NCBI GenBank assembly: GCA_951406725.2
Contig: OX597820.1
Span: forward strand, 28,210,001 to 28,274,000
DNA: 64,000 bases
Reading direction: 5' to 3'
From: Octopus vulgaris
Lineage: Eukaryota
In this document: piece after piece, positions 51,989 through 64,000 of the stretch
How positions within the stretch are numbered: position 1 is the stretch's first letter
How the letters are laid out: every line of letters begins with the position of its first letter
The notes under the pieces: model-generated
Told to the model about the DNA's origin: nothing
The model's database searches: none
What the model saw: the letters and a program-made list of their open reading frames with translations, nothing else
Position numbers and translations under genes: made by a program

Positions 51989-54018
51989 TCAAAGACTAAA
52001 AGAATTTACACACATACACACACGCACACACATAAACGGGCGCACGCACACATCACGCACAATTCAGGCATTGTCGACCTTTTTCGGCCGGCCGCTGTTG
52101 AGGTCGGCTGCATCTGTTCTGTTCCGTCCTGCCACCCGGTCAGTTAAGATTTTTTTCCCCATTTTCTTTGCGCTAGCTTACTATACTCATCCGATAGTTG
52201 AAATACCCCCGCTATTGTATTTTGCTTTATTTTTTTTTTAATTGTATAATTATTTTCCTTTCGTTGTATAGCCGAAAGGCGCTTGTCCATTGTATACGTA
52301 TAATACAATTTCATATCCGATAGTCGAATGACCCTTTCTGTTTATTTATTTGTTTTCGTATATGTACCTTCGTTTGTCTCGGCCAGCGGCTTAATGGTTT
52401 TAACAGGACTCCTTGGACCAGCCGGTTTCGAGCTGTATCGGAGAGAAGTGGGTGAAAGTACGTGGACATTTTGGAGGCAATTGGCTGCGAATAATCCGTG
52501 TATCTTTTGTCCATTTTACTGCATGTTTTGGTTTGACAGTTTCCGTTTGTTGTGTTTTTCTGTTCTACTTTTGATTTATATATATATACTGTACATTTGT
52601 GTATATTTCGAATAATTTCACTTTAAAATGTATACGAAACATACATTCAGCACTGCCCTATAATCCCACCATGTCTTTGAAATGGTCCTTAATTCTAGAA
52701 GGTTCTCTCTGCCATTTAGACACTTCATCATTTGCTGTTATTGAGGTACCCGACTGGTCTCTGTGAATGTTCATTTGCCCGTGTTCACGCTCCCTCATTT
52801 ACCCGCATTAAGTTTCCTTTGATGGCTATTTTTATGTTTATATGGCGATCTAGAATCTCTCGCCAAATGTTCAACTAATATATACCACAATAAGCAAGCA
52901 GAGCCGACATATCAGCTGGAAAAGATATGTTTGAAGTCATTATATAGAAACAGCAATGTCGATAATACTATTGAAGTAAACACTCATTCGTTGACATCAC
53001 TTCTCTTCGAGCTGCTATTCAATATAGAAATTTATTGATTCGATTTATTTAATGAGTTTATTGCTTCTTTCTTGTGATTTATGAACAGAAGTGATTGTAC
53101 ATGCATTTACAGTGAGTATTTCTTCGATCGAGCGATTCATTATATTATGCCAGAATTTATTTAATAACGAAAATATAAACCTCAAGACTGCATGCTAATT
53201 TCCAGTTGGACAGTAATCTGTAGCATCGAATTGATTGCTTTTTATATTACATCTCCTCCAAACTAAATTGACTACTGGATTGTAAATAATTTAACCATTT
53301 CACACAGGAGAACGTTGATACACATTGAGGAATCTTTCTGGTGAGATAGCTAACAGAAATATATTGTGTGACCAATAATACTGCTATTTTATTGAAATAT
53401 AATAGCACTGAAGGTTACGTTACATCAACAATAGAATCTGCATCCCCAAAGGAATTATATTAGACAGATAATCAATCACTGAATTCATCAAAAACGCTGT
53501 GTTTCGAGGCAGTAAGAGACTAGCTTGCACCTTATTCGTTTAGCGATGTACCTAATTGTATTTAGCTTATTTCTAGACTTTAACAATACCTTATTTATAT
53601 CAATCTTCGTGTCTATACTTTCATACATGCCATTCTCCTTTTGTTTTCTGTTTGTGTAAGCATCGGTTATAATTTCCACGTATACCAACTCACTCATTAT
53701 ATTCTAAACAAGAACATGATTGAATTGCTTTCAAACCTGGTGTATTCTCTAAACTGTCATAGAGCTTCCTTCGTGGGTATAGATAGCAACCAAGTAATCC
53801 TTAAGATCACCCTGCATAGTTTCATAAATCATATCTTATGTATAATGACTATAAGAATACATCTCACACATTTGTTTTCAACGCTTAACGTCTGAATAGA
53901 AAATGAGAGAGATGGTCAGGCTAAAATGGTTTTCATGATGTGTCTGCACAGTTAGAGGCTCCTTGGCGGTTAACAGCAACAACAAATAGTCTTTTATATC
54001 TTTAAATTTAGTGATCTG

Positions 54019-54050
<32 letters not shown>

Positions 54051-56131
54051 GGTGAGTCGGACGAGCGCTAAACTTGCCGAAATCTCGTAGTCACTGTCAA
54101 TAACATTCTTCTTTAAAATGTGTGTGTGTGCGCGCGTGTGTGTGTGAGCTTATGTGTGTGTATCTTTATCGTATAAAGGACCCTGATTTTGATTGCATAA
54201 TCTAGATATATCAGAGTAAGGGATGATGGAGCTTGTTAGGTGTTCACTGAGTTTAGATTCAATTTGTATTTGGTGATGAACCTTTTTCTTTATGGGGAAA
54301 TTTATGCAAAGAAATAAGATGATTTAATTCTGTTCCTTACGTAATATGAACACATTAGTAATCATTCTCATAACGTCATAGCTTCCTATTATCGAACTCT
54401 CTGGGCAACTACCGCCTCCCGTCAATCATTCTAAATTAGTAGAGGATATTTTCATGATTCAACATTTTCCGCGTCAGCAATTCCTTCCAATCACAGAACG
54501 ATATTTTTGCTTGAATGAAAGCCTGTGTCTTATTCTAGAAATCATATGGTACGAGCTAATTACAGTCTATATCCGTTCATTACTTTGACAAAGTTGGAGT
54601 AGGTGGTGAGAGGAATTCTTTTTGAAGAAATGAATCCAAACCATATATTTACTTTCATATGCTTCGCGATTATGATCTGATGTACAATGTGTATAGCGAG
54701 TTACACTTACATATGCATATATAAGTGTTAGCTTAATTGTTTAGGCGAAATTTTTGCATACCGAAATATATTAATATATGCCTTGAAAAATATATTCGAC
54801 GTTAAATATAGAGTCGAAATAACGTTTTTTTTTCTATCAGTGTTGAATGATTACTTCAACATCGCGTCAACATCAGCTTTTCAAATACACTCGTGGGTTA
54901 TAGGAAAATGGCGACTCTGTGTGATTTATATTCTTGGTATTATAAACCATATGGCATTACGCTACATTTTAGGGAAGCATGGAGCCACAACATTCATTGT
55001 AGGAGATGCGGTCAGATTAGGCCATAATGATGGGGGTGGGTCGGCTATAGTGATGGGTAGGAGAAGTGAGATGGTGGAATGAGTGTGACAGATGAAAACT
55101 GAAGACTAATTTAATTCACCTTATTTGCTAGTCAGATTATTTCAAAGTGAGAGGGAGAAGTACCACGCGCGTACACAGACACACTCAGACACAGACACAT
55201 ACACATACACACAAACACACGCACACGCACACACATCCACACACACGCACACGCACACACATCCACACACACGCACACGCACACACATACACACATACAT
55301 ATATATATGTATCAATATAAGTATATATATATATATAAATCTTTAGTTAATTATATTCAATGAGAATATTATATATTGAATTTATACTGAGTGCTCTATT
55401 GTATCAAAGTATTAATACTATTAAAGTATTTATGTATTTAATATGAGCGATTATATATATATATATATTAAAATAAATATAGTATGATATATATATATAT
55501 ATATGTGTGTGTATTCATAAATATATATATGATATATACGCATATATAAGTTCACACGTAGATATGTGCGTGTGTGTTTGTGTATACACGTGTCGGTGAA
55601 TGTATATATGCACATAAAATTATCTGTGCACGCACGAATGTAATTCTGGTTTTATGAATCTACATGTTTTGACTTTTATCGCTAATGTGCGGGAGCATAT
55701 TATTTTTCCTAATATATCTAAGTATATCTGCCTAAAATGGTGTGTACACTTCGATATATCTTAGATAATATATTTCAAGTTTGAAAAAAAAAAATCTATT
55801 TCTATTTCAGTTGCCATAGCTACATTACCAAAAGCTAAAGAATATTGTTGAGAAGAAAGAAATCTATGCTATGTTGTTATAAGTAAAATAGTGATTTACA
55901 TTAGCACGATTCATATCATTCTTTTATTTTTCATTTTAGAATTTAATGTTTTTTTTGTTGCTTATATAATAACACATATCTAGATATATCTAATGAGTTA
56001 TTTTATGTAAATTGATAAACTTTCCGAATGAAAAGTTCGATGAATACCTGTGCATATCTTTGTGTTGCCTTGTGTGTAAGTGTGTATGTGGATACACACA
56101 CACTCACATACGCACACCTGCACACACCTGC

Positions 56132-56174
<43 letters not shown>

Positions 56175-56219
56175 CATATGCATATATATATACACACATA
56201 TATATATATACACACACAA

Positions 56220-56252
<33 letters not shown>

Positions 56253-56323
56253 ATATATATATTTATATACATATACATATATATATATACATATATATAC
56301 ACATATATATACATATATATATA

Positions 56324-56415
<92 letters not shown>

Positions 56416-56448
56416 TCACACATGAACACATATGTGTATATACACACA

Positions 56449-56479
<31 letters not shown>

Positions 56480-56649
56480 GCGTGTCTGTGTGTATCAGTA
56501 TGTGTCTGTGTGTGTGTGGTAAAAGAAGGATATTATTTTAAATCACGTTTAACAATAATTACGGAACATTTAAGACGATGTGACATTATACTGATAACCA
56601 AAAAAGAAACGAATTTATAGTCAAGAACGGGTTGACTATGAATAGTATT

Positions 56650-56764
56650 AATGTTGCTACTGCTGCCACCGCTGCTCCTGTTGTTGTTATTGCTGCTGCT
56701 GTTGTTGTTCTTATTATTGCTGCTGCTGTTGTTGTTGTTGCTGCTTCTGCTGCTGCTGTTGTTG

Positions 56765-56817
<53 letters not shown>

Positions 56818-56872
56818 TGTAGTAGTGGTGTTAGTGGTAGTAGTAGCAGCAGCAGTAGTAGTAGGAGGAGAA

Positions 56873-56919
<47 letters not shown>

Positions 56920-57422
56920 AGAAGAAGAAGAAGAAGAAGAAGAAGAAGAAAACGAGAATGAAGAATTTTAGAATAATGTCTTCTGTGGATGGTGATGATG
57001 AGGATGACGACGATGATGATGATGATAATGATGCTGCTGCTGATGATGATGATGGTGATTTAGGTAGTAATAGTGAATGAAGATTTCCATATTCATGTTC
57101 AGCACGACGGCGAAAAACGCTACGTCGACGATGGTTGAAATGATGACGTCAACAGCTGTGACAACGAATGGCGACACGATAATGTTGTTAACAATGACAA
57201 CGTCATCACTGCTGCAGCAGATGGTGATGGCGTTGCTTAAAAGTCACCCTCCCGGCAACGACGACGACGACGAAGAAGAGGCCGCCAGTGCTGCTACTTT
57301 TGCTGTTGCAGCTGCTGTTATGGATGATGATGAGGATGAGGACGATGATGATGGTGATGGTGATGAGAATGAGGAGGAGGAGAAGGGGGATGATGAGGAG
57401 GATGATGATGATGATGGTCATG

Positions 57423-57462
<40 letters not shown>

Positions 57463-57490
57463 GGAGGAGGAGGAGGAGTGGCAGCAGCAG
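56650..57490. repeat. Mosaic of trinucleotide repeats (GTT/GCT/AGT/AGA/GAT/GAG)
   Basis: Read directly. Confidence 0.9.
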
Positions 57491-58200
57491 GCGGAAGGGG
57501 ATTCCGACATGACAAAGCCAGCATTAGAACGTCAGAGATTCAGAAATTCTTACATAATTTATCAATGATAGAAAACTGAAAGAGAAGCAGTAAAAAAAAA
57601 AAGTAAAAATATAAATATTTAGAAATAAATATAAAAATAACAATAAAACTATATCAAAAATAAAAGCAATACAGGCAAGGCGGAAGTAGAACAATTTCGC
57701 GAAACATCAATGATTGCCGTTTTAAAGACATTGACGGTGCTATAATGATCGTCGTCATCAGAACCATCAGAGGCATCACAAGCATCAATAACAATTTGCG
57801 ACGATCCTCGTTGTAAAAGCGCCAAGACACGGGTCAAGTGTACTCGGACCAAAAGAAAAAAAAAAAGAAAAGCGTGTGACGTAGATTATCGCCGACATGA
57901 TGACTACTAACGGCATTTTGTTTTTCTCTCTACAATGGTTTTTCAATGGAACTGGCTGTCACTTTTAAATGATATCGTTCGCGACAACCTACCAAGACTT
58001 GAGTTGTCATAGAAGCTATTAAGTGGAAGTCGGTCGGGGAAGGGGGTAACAGTGGTTTCTAAGATAGTAAACCGAGAGAAGGGGGTGGTCAGAATGAGGA
58101 GAAGAGATTTAAGAACGAACGTAAAATGATGAGAAGGGGACGATTCAGATAGAAGTTATTGAAAATTAAATACGTTACACAAAAAGTGCATATATATATG

Positions 58201-58303
58201 CGCATAATCGAGGGTTCTGAGTTCTCCTTCAAACAGGGACAACGGTTTACAGTGAAAAGCAACTTCACATGTGCTTCGGAGAACCTAATATACTCCATCA
58301 TCT
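58201..58303 (+). pseudogene. Penelope GIY-YIG N-terminal fragment
   Basis: IIEGSEFSFKQGQRFTVKSNFTCASENLIYSII aligns with LLE*SEFYFKQG*IFKIKSNF-CASQNLISVI at about 43560-43660; broken by (CTT)n. Confidence 0.75.
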
Positions 58304-58739
58304 TCTCCTTCTCCTTCTCTTCTTCTTCTTCTTCTTCTTCTTCTTCTTCTTCTTCTTCTTCTTCTTCTTCTTCTTCTTCTTCTTCTCCACCCCCTACCCC
58401 TTAAGTTTGTCACTAATGTTTTTTAGTATAACACCTACGCTAATTCTATAAACAAGCCTGTCGATATAAATATTCTCCTGAATTGAACTGAGACTGCCAG
58501 CCGCCACTGACCATTCAAAATACGACCATCAGGGCACTCCCAGATTCTCCCACCCCACTTTCCTCACCAGCCTTCCCTCTACTACCCTACCAAGAACTCA
58601 CAACTACCTCGAACACACAAGTGCAAACAAGGGAGTCAGAGAAAGGCAGAATGCCACTTAAATCTGAACACTACTATAGAAATATTGTTTTAAAAAAACT
58701 TTTCTTCTAATTTTTCTAAATTTAATTATTTAATCGTTA

Positions 58740-58771
58740 TTGAAAAGGTCTCAAAATGACCGAAACCGGTA
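58740..58771 (+). ncRNA. Hammerhead-like motif, U3-A8 core, in a probable Penelope pLTR ending at (TA)n (~58815)
   Basis: TTGAAAA-GGTC-tcaaaat-GACC-GAAA-CCG-GTA, with palindromic ACCGGT. Confidence 0.6.
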
Positions 58772-58813
58772 TGAAATTTTCACTATAAAATTATTTTAGC
58801 ATTTTCTATTTTT

Positions 58814-58872
<59 letters not shown>

Positions 58873-59174
58873 AGCTTAGAGAAGAAGAAGAAGAAACGAA
58901 ACGAAACAAAACGAATCGAATCGAATCGACGCGAAGGCGTTCAGTCATACAATAGTGTAATATATATATATATGAGTGTGTGTGTGAATAAACACGTATA
59001 TACGTATATGCGTACGCGTGAGTATGTTTTAGTGTCTATTTTTGCGATTTAGTATGTCTAACTGAATAATTGTATACGGATCCTTCAGTCTATGTATGAG
59101 AGTTTGCCACTGGATTCTTCGGTGTGTATGAGCGGGTGAGTGACATTTTAGTTTTAATTGCTCATGATGTCGAT

Positions 59175-59225
59175 GTAGTAGTAGTAGTAGTGGTGGTGGT
59201 GGTGGTGGTGGTGGTGGTGGTGGTG

Positions 59226-59299
<74 letters not shown>

Positions 59300-59310
59300 T
59301 GTAGCAGTAC

Positions 59311-59375
<65 letters not shown>
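59175..59375. repeat. (GTA)n/(GGT)n microsatellite
   Basis: Read directly. Confidence 0.96.
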
Positions 59376-60334
59376 ATGGCGGGGTGCGGGTGGGGTGGTG
59401 TATGCAAATGCCAGTGATGATAAGGAAGAAATATTCAGTTAAAGAATTTGTTGTTGGTGTTGTTGACGACGACGACGGCAATTATTACGCCGATAAGTAC
59501 GTTGATCAAGCTAATCTAGAATAAAAAAATATTTCGGTGATGCCCATCCTCTTGGATATTTTCTTTCTTTCTTTCTTTAGAGGTTGGTTGGAGATGTCAG
59601 ACTGACTCCAGACCTCGATTGAAGGTCAGTTAGTTGTACTGCTGTTTCTAGCAGATCAAAGGACCTAACACCCGACCTATACTTATTATAGTTGATTTCG
59701 AGTGAATAGGCAAAAAGAATGACCAAATATGACCATCGATTCTTTCTTTACAACTTCATATTATACTTAAGAAATGTGCTTGTTGTCTCTAGCAGGTCAG
59801 TTGTTGCAGCCACAGTTGTTTAACCACAGGTGAAACTTAATGAAAGAGACAAATAATCAAAAAGCATCCCAGTAGTTATTACCTCAACATTTGAGGGATT
59901 CCATTATATGAAATGTCCATTCCTTATGCGAAAAGGTTAAAGAGTTTTGGTTGCTCCTTCGAGCAGGTTAGTAAACCACACATTTTACTAGTAAATTGAT
60001 AATTGGGCGAATATGTGGAAGAGGTCTCTGAAGGTAAAACAATTAGAGTTCATGTACATTTTTACCTAGCACAATCGATAGAATGTTAGTCAAGATATTC
60101 CGTTCCTGATTCTTGCAGAAAAATATGTTATTAAGACAAGTGCTAGTTATCTATGTTACGTTGATCTAATCGTAAGCAGGAAATAGCATGTCGGAATACA
60201 AATCACGATTCTAATCTAGAAACAGTCCCGCTGGTGAAATATATGTATATGTTTTCGAACGATAGCTGGAAGACCAAAGCAAATTTCTCTCAAATCATTT
60301 TCCTAAATAATTAAGACACAATAATATAAATCTA

Positions 60335-60718
60335 CTAGCAGTATCGCCCGGCGTTGCTCGGGTTTATATCGACCCTTTAGAATTGGAATTTTTGAAAAGT
60401 AAAACTTTTGCATTATGTAGCTTGTTATTCTCTTTAAGTGAACATTTTTCTGGTTGAAATACACCGAAAAATGGCGACACAGCAGTCAAAAAATCGTAAA
60501 AAATAGGGATTTTCATAGAAAAAAAAGCACCTTTTTGATGTAAATAAATAATTTTTGGTGTTAACATGGTCCGATTTGAATTTTTTCTTCTACGGAAGAA
60601 AGAGCAAGCCTATCATACTCTCAATTTTGGTCAACTTGCGCCGCAGAGTCTCGGAGGAGATAGTGTTAGTTGAAGGCTACCAAACCTGCCATACACAGAC
60701 AACTTCAGCATATAGAGA
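60335..60718 (-). mobile_element. Complete non-autonomous Helitron (384 bp)
   Basis: Minus strand reads A|TCTCTATATGCTGAAGTTGTCTG...CCCGAGCAACGCCGGG-CGATACTG-CTAG|T, giving canonical TC...CTAG ends in an AT target. Confidence 0.9.
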
Positions 60719-62036
60719 TATGCCATTAAAAGACGGTGGGGTCATATTTGGAATTCATTTAATTGTATATTTACTCTACTACAACGATAAGAGCCATAGT
60801 GCAATTTCCTTATTTTTACATTTTGATACTATATGCACCGGATAGATTTTAAAAATTGTTTGCATATATACGTTATGATGTATGTAATTATCTTGGTGTG
60901 AAGATATGTCTATATATTTACGTGTATGTATGTATTGTAGTTATGTATATGTATGTATATGTATGTGTAAGTGTGTGCGCGTGTATATATATCTGTATGT
61001 ATATATATATATATATATGCATGTATAATTTTATATACATATATATATACATATATAAGTGTGCATGTATATATGTATATATAAATGTGTATGTATATGT
61101 GTATATACTTTTATATATGTAGGCATGTATTTGTGTACATAATTTGTATATTTGCATGCGTATCTGTAGGTGTGTATATTTGTATGTATGTTTGTATTTA
61201 AGTAAATATACATGTAATTTTATGTGTGTGTTTTCATGTGTTATTTGTGCAAGCTAACCGAAGCATCTAATCATCTTTACATACTTTTCGAACGCCATCA
61301 CGTAACACTCTCTAATCCTATATATCTTTTCTCTTACTCTAAATTTCTGGGGTTTTTTCTTTTATTTCTTTATCTTCTTTGCACTGTTTTCTTCCTCCCC
61401 CTACCAAATATTTTCTGATTTTTTTCCTTCACTTTCTTTCGCCTGCAACAAGTAACATGTATAAGCATACACCTGAAAATTTAGTGCGCGTGCGTTTATG
61501 TGCGTGCATACATATATATGCATTTGTATATATATATTTATGTTTTGCCTATATACGTCTTTATATGTATGTAGCCATGTACCTGAATCTGTATGTTTAG
61601 TGTATATATATATATTATAGATGGTTTGGTACGTGTATATACTGCTAATGTATATGTAAGCTGGCGTGAATTTTCTTTTTAACGGATATATCTTTTAATT
61701 TATTAATTGATTACTATTTTACAGCTAATTATTTACTCAGGGTATTTAGGCTCTGTCCTTCTTTATCAGCTATTTTTGATTTAAGGTTTTCTTCGCGTTT
61801 TATAATAATATGATTCTATACTGCAATTTGTTATTGCATACAACAGATCATTGAAAAACCGTTAGTTGAAAGGACCAGTGACACAAAACCATTTTCAAAC
61901 GTGTATCTATCAAACTAATTGTATATTTTTGCTTATAACCTTCTTTTTGTTCCGTTCTAAACAAAACTGTCCGAGGAACGGGAACGTGAAACTCTGAGTA
62001 ACAGTTCTTGTGATATTTTTGCAGCTTTTTAATAAA

Positions 62037-63142
62037 GAATATATATATAAAACTGAGAATGCGTGTCTGTCTGTATGTATGTATGAATCCCTAGAACTCA
62101 AGAACTACGAAAACGATTTCATTCAAATTTTACATATGCATTAATTAGGGTCCATGGAGTGTCGTGGGCCAAAACATTTTCAACCTGTTGCCTAATCTGA
62201 GCCCGGAGCAATCTCGGTATTACGTGTCAAAAGTGAAAGAATGACATGTATATTGAAATATGAAATAATGTTGTTTCAATTTTATTCTTTCACTTTTAAT
62301 GTGATAATACTAAGGTCGTCTTACTTTTCACGTTTATCCTTCAATTACCAGTTAATTATTAACGCAGCAGTTGCAAGATTGCAATGTGTTTACAGTTGCA
62401 TTTTGACCCTGAAATCAACATTTAATACATGTCCTTAATTTATAGAGATATAATTTGTTGTCTCTCTGTCTGTACGATACATGAAACTTGCTATAGATCA
62501 ATAAAGGCATGCTGAAGCACGTTAGATTGAGTCTCTATACAGTACAGACATGATACTTTCCACAGATCACCAATCGCCTGCTGCAGCACGTTAAATACAG
62601 TCTCAAGAGAGAAGGGAGAGGAGACTTTCTCAACATCAAGAAATGCATGCACGTCTGATAGCGTTCCAAGGCAGAAGGGAGATGAGACTTTCCCCAAGAT
62701 CAGCAAAGGAATGCTACAGCACAACAAATGGTGTCTCAAGAGACAAGGGAGATGAGATTTTTTCCAACACCAGCAAAGGAAGCTGCGGTACTTAATGCTG
62801 AATCATTAAAAGAACGTTTAGCATGCCAGATTACACAGAGGACCAATAGATTGGCTCTCAGATACAGACCACGTACAAATTTGTTCTTCACAACACCTGG
62901 AGTTGCATTCAGACATGGTCCATCCCACTCTTATAAAAATGATAATTCTGTCCAAATGGGTGTGCTAAACTCAAATTGAGGTTTATGCAAGGCTTTAAAA
63001 CTTTCTCCACAAATATTTTGTCGTCAATGCTGCACTTTCCTGTATCACCTGTTTATGTGTGTATATATGTATGTATATATGTAAATATATACTTATACAC
63101 TGTTCCGTTTTTATCCCGGGCAACGCCGGGTATATTTGCTAG
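62037..63142 (+). mobile_element. Internally deleted Helitron retaining RepHel N-terminal remnants
   Basis: 3' end CCCGGGCAACGCCGGG-TATATTTG-CTAG|T and 5' ATATATATAAAACTGAGAATG.GTGTCTGTC. Internal repeated GAGACTTTC..CA units, then AFRHGPSHSYKNDNSVQMGVLNSN*GLCKALK, which resembles the Helitron N-terminal Zn-finger region. Confidence 0.78.
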
Positions 63143-63187
63143 TATGTATATATAAACACAATAAGTACTATATATATATATACATAC

Positions 63188-63245
<58 letters not shown>

Positions 63246-63828
63246 TTACACATATTTTAGGATGTTTCTATTATTATCGATTGAATATTGTATTGCAAAT
63301 TAGAACGCTAAAAATCACTAGACGGATACTTATATTCAATTAAATAATGCGTATGTGGCCAATATCTTTAAATCTTTCTTAATATTATTATATAAGTTAT
63401 TCCCAGTTGTCCATTTTTAATGAAATGTTCGTAATTGAAAAATCTTCCATTAAGACGTTTTCGAAGAACTTTCCGGAAAATATAGAAAATATTTCCTTTT
63501 AGAATGAAACTATTAAATGACTTTGACAATTCTACTGTGGAAATAGAGTACACATTTCTTAGATAAATTTCTTGATTTTGTTCTTTTTTTTATATTGAAT
63601 TAGGTTAAATTAGATATTACTAATATTACTAAAGTAGTCGCCAGAACACTATTAACATTACGACTAATATTATTGTTATCAGCATTATTATTATTGTTGT
63701 AGTTATTGTTGTTGTTGCTGTTGTTGCTTCGCTGCGTAATTGGGTATCGATGACTGCATTTAAATTTATAATTGTAGCTTCAGCAATATTTTGGCTGGTA
63801 AACATCAAAGTTGAAACTTCGACATTTA

Positions 63829-63929
<101 letters not shown>

Positions 63930-63950
63930 TATGTATGTATGTATGTGTAT

Positions 63951-64000
63951 ACGACGGGCTTCTTCCATTTCCATCTACCGAGTCCAGTCACAAGGATTTG
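63951..64000 (-). mobile_element. Group B SINE fragment running off the window
   Basis: ACGACGGGCTTCTTCCATTTCCATCTACC..CACAAGG. Confidence 0.75.

Noticed and set aside
57077-57568. 163-aa acidic ORF as a host protein
   Set aside because: Half of it is (GAT)/(GAG) repeat and there is no recognisable domain; kept only as a low-interest finding.

Overview
This is AT-rich, microsatellite-dense eukaryotic non-coding DNA (intergenic or intronic). The repeat repertoire suggests an octopus/cephalopod genome, which is my inference rather than a database result. I found no convincing host gene, and most ORFs in the supplied track are translations of (TA)n, (CA)n or trinucleotide repeats. The real coding signal is all transposon-derived. 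It comprises four R4/Dong-type LINE copies (RT and/or restriction-like endonuclease ends) next to (TAA)n tracts, one CR1-like LINE with a 558-aa open RT frame, two Penelope GIY-YIG fragments, several Tc1/mariner relics, and Helitrons plus a PIF1 helicase fragment. About 25 tRNA-derived SINE copies fall into three groups. The most interesting signals lie outside the ORF track. (1) Several hammerhead ribozyme motifs sit in Penelope-like inverted-repeat elements, mostly embedded in (TA)n; one is canonical (48559-48622, minus) and three carry the compensatory U3-A8 core. (2) A SINE occurs as head-to-tail multimers with an identical junction at three loci. (3) A SINE and a CR1-like LINE share a 3' tail with a covarying stem-loop. 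(4) A fold-back family looks tRNA-like in some copies and hammerhead-like in others. All coordinates and alignments were read by eye, so boundaries are approximate unless a motif is quoted.
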